DNA of 43,929 bases, taken from NCBI GenBank assembly GCA_943704415.1, contig CALSCO010000855.1, forward strand, positions 1 through 43,929, in the 5' to 3' direction. Origin of the DNA: Parvularia atlantis. Taxonomy: Eukaryota. Each line of letters starts with the position of its first letter. Positions within the stretch are counted from its first letter, which is position 1. Position numbers and translations under genes: made by a program. This document shows, piece by piece, positions 24,853 through 34,626 of this stretch. The notes under the pieces are model-generated. The model ran no database searches. It was given only the letters and a program-made list of their open reading frames with translations, and was not told where the DNA came from.

Positions 24853-26333
24853 ATGTTCCCGCCGCTGTTGAACAACATCGTGCTGCGCGCGGCCCGGCGC
24901 GAGCCGACCGAGCGCGTGCCCGTGTGGATCATGCGCCAGGCCGGGCGCTACCTGCCCGAGTTCCTCGACGTGCGCAAGACCGCCGACTTCTTCACGATGT
25001 GCCGCACGCCCGCCCTCGCTGCCGAGGTCACGCTGCAGCCCGTGCGCCGCTTCGCGCTCGACGCCGCGATCATCTTCAGCGACATCCTCGTCGTGCCGCA
25101 GGCGCTCGGGATGGAGGCGCGCGTGGCCGCACGCTGCGCCCGCCCCCGATCGGCTCATGCCCGCGCCCGATGCAGGTCCAGATGCTGCCCGGCTCGGGGC
25201 CGCACTTCCCGGCGCCCCTGCGCGGCCCAGAGGACATCGACCGCCTCAATGCGGCCGTGGACGTCGACCGCGAGCTCGGCTACGTGTTCGAGGTGCGACG
25301 GCGCACGGCCTGCACCGGGCGTCGCTGCAGCCCATCGGCGGTCCCGCAGGCGATCACGCTCACGCGGCACATGCTCGAGGGCCGCGTGCCGCTCCTCGGC
25401 TTCTGCGGCGCGCCCTGGACGCTGATGGCGTACATGATTGAGGGCGGCGGCAGCAAGTCGTTCAGCAAGTGTGCGTGCGCGTGGCCTGCATGTGTGCGCG
25501 GCTGAGCCGCCGCCGCAGCCAAGGCGTGGCTCTACCGCGAGAAGGCCGCCAGCCACCGCCTGCTCTCGATGCTGACCGACGTGTCCGTCCGGTACCTGGT
25601 CGGGCAGGTCCGGGCCGGGGCGCAGGTGCGTGCGCGCACACATATACACGCGCGCACGCACGCAAGCACCGACCGGCTGCTGCAGATGCTGCAGGTGTTT
25701 GACTCGCACGCGGGCGAGCTCGCACCGGACATCTTTGACGAATTTGTGCTGCCGTACCTGCGCCGCATCAGCCGCGAGGTGACGGCCGGTGTGCGCGCCG
25801 CCGGCCTGGACCCCGTGCCGCTGGTGGTGTTTGCCAAGGGTTCGTGCGGTGGCCGTGTGCACAGCACGCGCATGCAGCTGAACGGCGGCCTGTCAGGCGC
25901 GCACTACGCGCTCGAGCAGCTGGCCGACAGCGGCTACGACGTCGTGGGGCTTGACTGGACAATCCCGCCGCGGATCGCGCTCGCGCAGGTGCGCGCGTCC
26001 GTTGCCGCGTCGATCAAGCGCGCCGACTGACACGACGCGCGACGGCAACCGCAGACGGGCGGCAAGGTTGCGCTGCAGGGCAACCTCGACCCGTGCGTGC
26101 TGTACGCCTCGGAAGACGAGGTGCGGCGGCAAGTGCGGCGGTTGCTGAGCGAGTGCGCCTCGCGCCCGCGTGCGCAGCGTGCACAACGTGACGCGCGGCG
26201 CAGGAGCTGCACGCACGGCTGGATTGCCAACCTCGGCCACGGTATGAACCCGGACCACGACCCGGCCATGGTTGCGGTCTACCTCAAGGCCGTGGCCGAC
26301 ATCAGCACCGAGCTGAACGCGGCTGTGGTGTGA
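24853..26333 (+). CDS. hemE: uroporphyrinogen decarboxylase
   Basis: [71 protein letters not shown]. Confidence 0.97.
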
Positions 26334-26373
26334 CACTTTTGTTGCAAGCAAGAAGAAACGGCAACGTGAGCGC

Positions 26374-28153
26374 TCAGCTGGTTTTGGCGTCGCCGATCGC
26401 GCGAAGCCGCTCGACGAGGGGCGGGTGCGAGTGGTGGTAGGTGCTGTACCACTTGTCCGGGTTCTGCACGGCCCGTATTCAGCGCGTGATGCATGCACAT
26501 GCACGCAGCGCGCACGCACCATGTTGCCCAGGTTCTCGATGTGCAGCTTGATCAGCCCCGAGCGCAGCGGCGCGGCGTACCCGAGCCTGCACGCAAACTG
26601 CGTGCGCCCATCAGCGGCGTGGTCGCGGCCATGGCGCGGCAGGCGCGCGCGCACCGCGTCGGCCTGGAACTCAAACGTGCGGCTGAGGATGTTCATCGCG
26701 AACGAGAGCACGTGCCCGATCGGGCTGCGGCGACGTGCCGTGAGCCGAACCGGCCGCGCGCACAACGGATGGGGGCCGCACCTGTACACGAGCGAGAACA
26801 GGAGCAGACCAATCACCGCCGGGTGCTCGCCCGCGAAGCCAAAGCTCTCGTACAGGTCGCCATCGTTGAGGAAGCGGCCGAAGATCCACAGCATCACAAA
26901 CAGATTTGAGAGGCTGCGCGTCGTCGTGCGGGTGCACGCGTCTCAGACCGCTGCGCCACGGCACGGCACGGCCGGCGCACCTGATGACCACGTTCTTGAC
27001 GACGTGGTTGAGCGCCCAGTGGCCGAGCTCGTGTGCCAGGACCGACACAACTTCCTCCTCGTCCATCTGCTTGAGCAGCGTGTCAAACAGGACGATGCGC
27101 TTGTTGTTGAAGAAGCCGTAGTAGTATGCTGGCGGGCTTGCGTCGCTTAGCCGCCGGCGCGAAACGCCCGCCTGGCCGCACGCACCGTTCGAGTGCGAAC
27201 TCCGCCGCGACCCGTCAATCAGGTACAGCTGACGGAGCGGGAAGGCGAGCCGCGCCGCAAGCGCCTCGATCTTGGCCTTGAGCGGCGAGTCTGGCAAGGG
27301 CTCGACCTGCGCGGGGTGCCTTCAGACGGGCAGGCCGCGTGCGCCGCGTGCGACTGCGCGCCTTGTTGAACAGCGGCTGGATCAGGTTCGGGTACAGCGC
27401 GAGCATGACCAGCTGGACAACGGCCATGAAGACCCAGACGTAGAGGTAGAACAGCTCGCCGCCCCATCGGATCAGGTACAGGGTCGCTGCGCGCGCGCTC
27501 AGCACGCCTCCGGCGACGGGTGCCCGGCGACGACGCACCCGCCAGCACAGGGCCGCCGATGACCACCGTCAGCGCGCACGTCTTGAGCAGGTCGGACGCG
27601 TACAGCGCGAGCGTCTGCTTGTTGAACCCGTGCTGCGTCGGCGGCCCATCAGCGCGTCAGTCCGGCGGCCGGCCTTGTGCCGTGCCTTCTGCTCGATCAC
27701 GAACGTCGACCACAGGCTGAAGGGCAGGTCAAACACGAGCTCGGCGAGCCAGTACACGAGCATGAAGACGAGCGAGCGCACGATCTGCGGCGGCCCGGCC
27801 GATCAGCGGACAGCCGCATCGTCGGCCGCAGAAGCCGCGCGCGCCTCGCTGCTGCTCTCGAGGCCGATGCGCTCGAGCATCGCGCCCGACAGCGCCCACA
27901 GCGCCGGGAAGGCGCCGAGCCAGAGCATGGCCAGGCCCTTGGTCTCGTTCACGGCCGAGCTGACGAGGCCAAAGGTCGACTTGTCGAGCGCGTACGCCTG
28001 CGCCTTGACGAAGCGCTCATCGTCGACGATGCCGTCGAGCTCGACCGGGCGGCGCTTCTCCTGCGCCTTGCGGTGCTGTCGCACGTCCAGCCACGTCTCG
28101 AGCACGTACACGCCGACGAAGAACGCCGTGCACAGCTGGAGGTAAGGGATCAT
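26374..28153 (-). CDS. STE24: CAAX prenyl protease 1 (M48 zinc metalloprotease)
   Basis: ETWLDVRQ, FVIEQK-HGFNKQT, IQPLFNK, DGSRRSSHSNA, KRIVLFDTL, AHELGHW, EFQAD, HYSHPPLVERL. Confidence 0.97.
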
Positions 28154-28172
28154 CGTGCAGTGGCCGTTACAA

Positions 28173-29041
28173 ATGTCGCCGCGCACGTCTGCCCGCGCTG
28201 CTGCAGTCAAGGCGTCGACCGCGCCGTCTGCCACGCCCACCAAGCCGGCCTCGGCGAGCCGCGCGGGCAAGAAGCCGGCCACTGCTGCAGCAAAAGCCGC
28301 GCCGGCGAAGAAGGGCGCTGCTGCACCCAAGGCCGCGCCGAAGAAGGCCGCTGCTGTGCCGAAGAAGGCTGCTGCTGTGCCGAAGAAGGGCGCTGCTGCT
28401 GTGCCGAAGAAGGCGACCGCGCCCAAGAAGGCCGCTGCTGCGCCCAAGAAGGCCGCCAAGAAGCCCGCCAAGCCCGCCGCCGCCGCCGCCGCCAAGAAGC
28501 CCGCCAAACCCAAGGCCGCACCGAAGCCCAAGGCCGCGCCGGCAGCGAGCCCGAAGGCCGCCGAGCTCGCCAAGAACCGCGACCTGGCTGCGGCGATGAC
28601 GCAGCAGCAGCTGGTGGTGCGTGCCAACACCGCCTGTCCGGTCGTGCACGTGCGCTCATCGATGCGCAACGCCAGGCGCAGCTCCGCGCCAACAACATGC
28701 TCGTCGGTGGGAAGAAGAACGAGCTGGTGGCGCGCGTGGCCGAGGCGATGACGAACGGCGCCGTGCCCAAGTGCGCTCACATCGCCGCCGCAACCTCGCG
28801 CACGCCGCTCACGCACGCGCACATGCCAGGTGCAATGTGTGCTACGGCGGCTTCCTGCACGTCAGCAGCGACGGCTTGTACGCCTCGTGCCGGGGGTTCT
28901 ACGACGAGGTGACGCCGCGTCGCGCCCGGCGACGTGCATCGCGGTGCTTAGTCGCACAAGCGCGCACAGGACCACATGGTCTTCTGCCGCAACACCGTCT
29001 CGCCCGTGCCGCGCGTGCCCTGGCGGCCCGTCGCTGCGTGA
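28173..29041 (+). CDS. Lys/Ala/Pro-rich (histone H1-tail-like) protein with C-terminal PADR1-like zinc domain
   Basis: About 130 aa of PKKAAA/KKPAK repeats, then spliced LRANNMLVGGKKNELVARVAEAMTNGAVPK-CNVC..SCRGFYDE..FC, resembling PARP1 PADR1/Zn3. Confidence 0.72.
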
Positions 29042-29100
29042 CAAGTCTGCCGCGCTCCCTCACACACACATTTTTTTTGCTTGTCTCCTCCTTGCTCTCG

Positions 29101-30082
29101 ATGACAAATGCGCGCGCCTGGCGCAAGCGGCAGGCGCTGCTGAGCCACGACGATGTGCGGCAAAGGCACGGCGCACGCGAGGGTGCTCGCAGATGCGCGC
29201 AGCGTGGGTGCTGACCGCGCGCGCCAGGTTGCGCGACCGATGTCTCGCCAGGATACGCGCGGCGCGTGTCGCGCAGCACGACGCCGCGCGCGGGCTCTCG
29301 CCGATCAGCGGCAGCACCGTGCACCGCATCACGACCGAGGAGCTCATGGCGTGGGACGCGGAGGCGGACGGCGAGGCGGACACGAACGCCGATGGCATGA
29401 ACGTCGACGGCATGAACGACGACGACGGGCTCGATGCCGTCGTCCTGGTCGACAGTTCGGGCAGCATGTCGCGCGAGGACTTTGAGCGCGCCACCTGGCT
29501 TGCGTGGCAGCTGCAGCTGGAGAGCGAGATCGAGGCCGAGCTGCGCGCGGAGGGTGCGTGGCGTGGCGCGTACGCTCGGCGAACGCCTGATGTGGCAGGC
29601 ACAGAGGACGAGCTGCTGCGTCAGATGCTCGAGTACGAGCAGCGCGAGCTCGACAACACCGTGCAGACGCATCTGGGTGGCGACAGCGACGACGTCGTCG
29701 TATGCCCGTTGTGCATGCGGCGCGTCGTCGGCATGACGCCCAGCCGCACGCTGCTGTGCCCCTGCGGCTTCCGGCTTCCGCTACGTGTGCGCCGCGCACC
29801 TCTGTCCGCTGCGCCGTGCCGCTCACATGCGGGCCGCCCACCGCTAGCACGCCGACTGGACGATGGCCATGGTCCGCAGACAGATCGAGGGCGTCGCAAG
29901 GGACCACAGGTGCGCTTACAACCACCACCGCGGCGGTCTCTCTGACGTTGCGCCGCGCACGCAGTGAGCATTGCGCCGCGCTGCCGACCTTTGCCGTTGC
30001 TGAAGAGGGGCGCGACAGCAGCCTGTGGCACTTCCTGACGCTGCACTGCGATGCGTGCGGCTCGCATGCCCTTGTACTATAG
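29101..30082 (+). CDS. RPAIN: RPA-interacting protein
   Basis: RLRDRCLARIR N-motif, acidic middle, and C-terminal CPLC..CPCG..HSEHC..P.F..CDAC..LVL*. Confidence 0.85.
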
Positions 30083-30086
30083 TGCA

Positions 30087-31539
30087 TTACAGCGCAACGC
30101 TCTGAATGTGCTCGGCCACGGCGACGAGCGCGCCGGCGGGCGCAGTCATGGACGACGCGACGATGCCAGCGAGCACGAGCAGGCCGTAGTCGCGGTTCGA
30201 GCGGAACTTGGCCATGCAGTCGTCCCTGCCCGCGCGCACACAGGCGTCAGCGCCCATTCGAGCACGCGCGCGCAGACGCACCGGTCGTCCAGGCGCACCG
30301 TGCGTATCTGCCACAGCAGGTGGGCGTAGCCCGCCGCTACGCCGGCGTAGAACGGCAGCGTCTGCGCGTTCGGGCGCGTGTCTGAGCGCGACGTGCCCCG
30401 TGCGGGCGAGCGAGCGACCGTGCACCATGCCTGCCTGTGCGCCCGCGACCGCCAGCAGCACCGTTTGCGCGCTCGCAAAGCCCGTCAGCCACGGCCGCGT
30501 GTGCGCGCCGAAGCGCAGCGCCGTCGACTTGACGCCGATCTTGACGTCGTCGGCCTTGTCCTGGTGCGCGTAGATGGTGTCGTACACGAGCGTCCAGCAC
30601 ACGCCCGACGCGTACAGCGGCAGGACCACGCCCCAGTCGCACGTGCCGTGCACCGCGGCCCAGCCGAGCAGCGCGCCCCAGTTGAACGTGAGGCCTGGAC
30701 AGCGCCGGCTCAGCTCACACACGCGCACGCGCGCCGCAGCGCACCCAGGAACGCCTGCGGCCAGTACGTCACGCGCTTCATGAGCGGGTAGGTCACAACG
30801 AGCGCGAGCGACGACGCGCCGAGGGCGATGCTGGGTGGGCGTCAGCGACCGCTTACAGAGTAGAGAGCAGGCAGGCTCGGCGCACCTGTACCAGTTGAGC
30901 GTGGTCAGCACCGCGAGCCCAACCGACAGCTGCGCGCCCAGGAAGATGATCGCCTGCGTCGGCGTGATGGTGCCGGCCGCCAGCGGCCGCGTCTTGGTGC
31001 GCTCGACCTGGCGCACACGGCCGATCAGCACAACTCGGTGGCACACGGGCGACACTGCGCGCCTTGGTATCAAAGTCGCGGTCCCACAGGTCGTTGACCG
31101 TGCAGCCGGCGCCGCGCATGACGACCGCCCCGACCGCGAATGTCCTGGGCAGCGCCGTCAGCTTGCTTGCAGTTAGCGCGCCCACCGATCGCGTCGTCGG
31201 CGCACGCGAGCAGCTGCATGCTCGGCGGCCCCGGATGCCCCGCCAGCGCGATGCTCCATGCGCCCGGCAGGTACAGTAGCCACGTGCCTGCGCCGCCGCG
31301 CGCGGGTCAACGCGATGCGGGCGCACCGGGACGCGCGGCACTGCACCGATCGGCTTGTCGAGGCGCACCAGCTCAAGGTACGGCCACGCGGCGCGCGCCA
31401 CGGCGCCGAACCACCGCGGGCGTGCTGCGGGGCGCTCTGGTGGCGGCGGCGGGGCGGCCGGCGGCGGAGCGGCCGTGGCCAGCGCCCGCGCCAGCAGCGT
31501 GACGCTGCGGCTGCGGATTGATCGGCCGGCGCACAGCAT
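30087..31539 (-). CDS. COQ2: 4-hydroxybenzoate polyprenyltransferase, mitochondrial
   Basis: Transit-like N-terminus, [68 protein letters not shown]. Confidence 0.96.
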
Positions 31540-31552
31540 TTTCAGCCTAAAG

Positions 31553-31894
31553 ATGTCGCGCTCGGTCTCGCGCGCCTGGAACAACATCAGCTACGGGATC
31601 CTCGTCGTCGGCTGTGTGGCCACATTCGGCATGCTCGGGCTGTACTCGTACGCGCGCGCAAATGGGCTGATCGGTGCGCCTGTGCGCGCGCGGCCACGGG
31701 CACGGCGAGGCCTCACGCGCGTCTCGTCGCGCATCGTGTGCCCAGAGTCGCGCACGGAGAAGCTCGCGCGCCGCCAGAGCGAGAGCCCGCTCTTCCAACA
31801 GATGCTCGCCATGCGCGAAGAAGCGCGCGCGTTCGAAGAGGCCAAGCGGAGCGCGCGCGCCGCCCCCGCCGCGAAGCCCGCCGGCCCGTCGTGA
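31553..31894 (+). CDS. small single-TM hypothetical protein (~90 aa, 2 exons)
   Basis: MSRSVSRAWNNISYGILVVGCVATFGMLGLYSY.., an intron GTGCG..CTCAC..CCAG, then a charged helical tail. Confidence 0.6.
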   Translation: MSRSVSRAWNNISYGILVVGCVATFGMLGLYSYARANGLIGAPVRARPRARRGLTRVSSRIVCPESRTEKLARRQSESPLFQQMLAMREEARAFEEAKRSARAAPAAKPAGPS

Positions 31895-31945
31895 TACGCG
31901 CTTCTCCTCAGGCTCCTGTACACACATTGCACGCCCTGCCCCCGC

Positions 31946-33039
31946 TCACTTCTTGCGCTCGGCCGCCCAGCGGTACACGGGCAGGCCGAGGCTGTCGGTG
32001 CCGACCTTTCTCCTGCGGCCCTTGGCCTGCACGCGCGTGTGCCCGTGTGAGCTGCCGCGCCGACCGGCCGCGTGCGCACCATCAGGTGCCGCTGCGTCTC
32101 GAGCTCGTGCCCAGCGCGCTCGAGCGCCTGCACGCGCTTGCTGCGTTGTTCCAGCTCTTCGTACGACTGCGCACGCAGCTTCTCGACGCGCTGGGCAGAA
32201 ACGTGAGCGGCACGGCGCGGCAGACAGCGCGCCCGGCACACCTTCAGCTCGCGCGCCGGCACGCCCGCCACCAGCGGCTTGGCGGCCAGCGCTGCGACGC
32301 GCGGCCGGTTCGACCGGCGGTTGACGAGCTCCGGCAGCGTGTCAAAGTGCTTGGCCGCGTCAAACTTCTCCACTGCGCCGCGAGCGTTACGCCTCGCAGG
32401 CAACCGCGCGGCACGCACCCTCGTCGTCCGAGTCGACAAAAACGAGGTGCCTGGCGCGCGGCACGGCGCTGGCCGCCGCGCTGGTCCCGTCTGCCTGGCC
32501 GTCCTCATCGTCGTCCTCATTGTCGTCGTCCATCTCTTCGTCGTCCGCGTTCTCGTCGCCGGTGCCGTTGCACGTCGCGAGCCGCCGACTGGTCGACGCG
32601 TCGCTCTCGCGGACACCGTGCAGGCTGGCGCGCAGGCGCTCGATTTTCTGCGTGCGCGGCCCGGTTACGCGTCCGTCCCCGCGCGGTCTCGTGCCTTGCG
32701 CGCCTTCTTCTCCTGCGTCGTCTTGAGCGTGATGTAGTTGGCGTCCTGCGTCTTGAGCAGCTTGATCGTCTCGGGCGGGAAGGCGTCGTTGCGCTCGCTC
32801 ACGTGCACGCCGCCGCGCGTGCGCGTGCTCGACATGCGGTGGTAGAACTCGTCCGGGTTGCGCAGCCGCGCCTTCTCGCGCAGCGCCTGCAGCCGCTTGG
32901 TCTTGGCGTGGTACTGGCGAGCGCGCACGACGTAGTCCTTGTGCTTCTCGAGCAGGCCCAGCCGCTCGCGCCCGGCCACCTGACCGCGCTCGCGGTACGG
33001 CCGCCGCGCCGCCTTGATGCGCTTGTCGACCTTCGGCAT
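31946..33039 (-). CDS. UTP11: U3 snoRNP/SSU processome protein UTP11
   Basis: YRERGQ..RLGLLEKHKDYVVRA..RNPDEFY..LLKTQDANY, FDTLPEL, and C-terminal VYRWAAERKK*. Confidence 0.95.
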
Positions 33040-33088
33040 GCCCGCCACGTGGCCCTCGCGGCGACAGTGTCAGGATACTATCGCCGCC

Positions 33089-34589
33089 ATGTTGGCCGAG
33101 GCTCGTCTGGCGCGCGTGGCACGGGCTGCGCCGAACGACGCGCTGCGGTGCGCGCTGGCCCTGTTGGGGGGCCGTCGCTTGACGCACGGCATTGGGCGAC
33201 AGCGATGCGCTCGTGCCGGCCGTGCTGCTGCCGGGCGACGCACGCATCGAGGCCGTCGTGCGCGCGCTGTGTGCCGAGCTGGCCGCGACGGGCGAGGGCG
33301 ACACGGCCGAGACGGTGCTGCAGACGACCGTGGCCGACGCGCTCGAGCCGTTCAGTGCGTTGCCGCGGGCGGTGGCGGGCGATGCTGCGCTCACGCATCC
33401 GGCGCGGTTGCAGACCTGGGCGGCCTCAAGCGCCCGATCGCCTGGACCGACGTTGTGGCGGCCTCGCCCGCTGCGCGCCTTCGCCTGCTCGGTGCCGCGC
33501 GCTCCCTGCGTTCGATCGCGCGGCCACTGACAGCCCGCTGGCCGCAGAGCACCTCGTCAGCGCCGTGCAGGCCGAGCACATGATCGCCCGGCGCGCGGTG
33601 CGCGGGCGTGTCAGATTGGCGCGCACGGTCTCAGACGCGCGCGCACGGCAGGACGACGCCGCGAGCCCGCAGCGCCTGCTGGCGCGCCTGCTGGCCGACG
33701 CCGCGCCGGCGCTGGGCGTGCACGCCGACGTCGGCAGCCCCGCGGTCGTGGCCGCCGTGCAGGAGACGGTCGCGAGCCTCCCGCCGCGCTGCTACCCCGA
33801 GCGGCTGCTGCCTGCGCTGACGCTGACGCCCAGGCAGGCCGTGCGTGTGGCCAGCCGCAGTGCCGGCGTGTCGTGTGCTCACAGCCGGCACAGGAGACCG
33901 TAAAGCAGATCAATGAGATGATGCAGGCCGAGTACAGCGTGCGCCGCGCGATGCAGCTGCAGCGCCTCGACGTCACAGTCGAGTCGTTTGGGTGGCACGA
34001 GAAGCTGGCGGACACGCCTCGGCTGGCCGACGCGATGGACACCGCCGCGGCCGCGGCACACTCGCGCGCGCAGCGCATGCAGGCCAAGTACACACGGTTC
34101 CGCGCGCAGCTCTCGGACCGCGTCCAGTTTGGCCTGCACGACGTGGCCTGCGCGCGCACGGACCTCGCGCAGGAGAACGAGCGCCCCGTGTCGCAGACGC
34201 GCGTGGCCACGGCCGTGCGGGACATCATGCTCGGGAGCGTGCCGGACCGCGGCGGGCGCGTGACGACGGCGGCCAAGAAGGCGGCGGCCGAGGCGAGTGC
34301 GGCCGCATCGGCATCGGCGGCCTCGTCGGCGTCGTTGGCGTCCTCGCCCGCTGCGCCCGGCCGGGGCGGCGCCCGCGGCGGCGCAGGTGCGTCGGTCTGT
34401 CTGCGCTCGCGATCACCCACGCTGACGCCGCCCGTTGTGCCAGGCCGAGGCCATCGCGGACGCGGCGGACGCGGCGGCGAGTCGTCGGGCGGACGTGGGC
34501 GGGGCGCAAGGGGCGGTGGCGGCGGCGGTGGCGGCGGTGGCTCGCCCGCCGGGCAGCCGGCCAAGAAGCTGCGCCCGTCCGAGTCGTGA
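33089..34589 (+). CDS. FAM98: FAM98-family protein with RGG tail
   Basis: EYSVRRAMQLQRLDVTVESFGW and MLGSVPDRGGRV motifs plus a C-terminal RGG/Gly tract. 5' exons are uncertain. Confidence 0.85.
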
Positions 34590-34626
34590 AGCGTGTAGAA
34601 GGTTCTCGAAGGCCAGACCCACGAGG

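Noticed and set aside
28173..28600. Canonical histone H1
   Set aside because: There is no winged-helix globular domain; only the K/A/P-rich tract is H1-like.
23427..33903. Very long ORFs in the track, e.g. 23427-25505 (692 aa) and 31738-33903 (721 aa); likewise 9246-11327 and 5383-7086
   Set aside because: They are Arg/Ala-rich antisense or off-frame read-throughs caused by high GC. They overlap well-supported spliced genes and add no motifs of their own.
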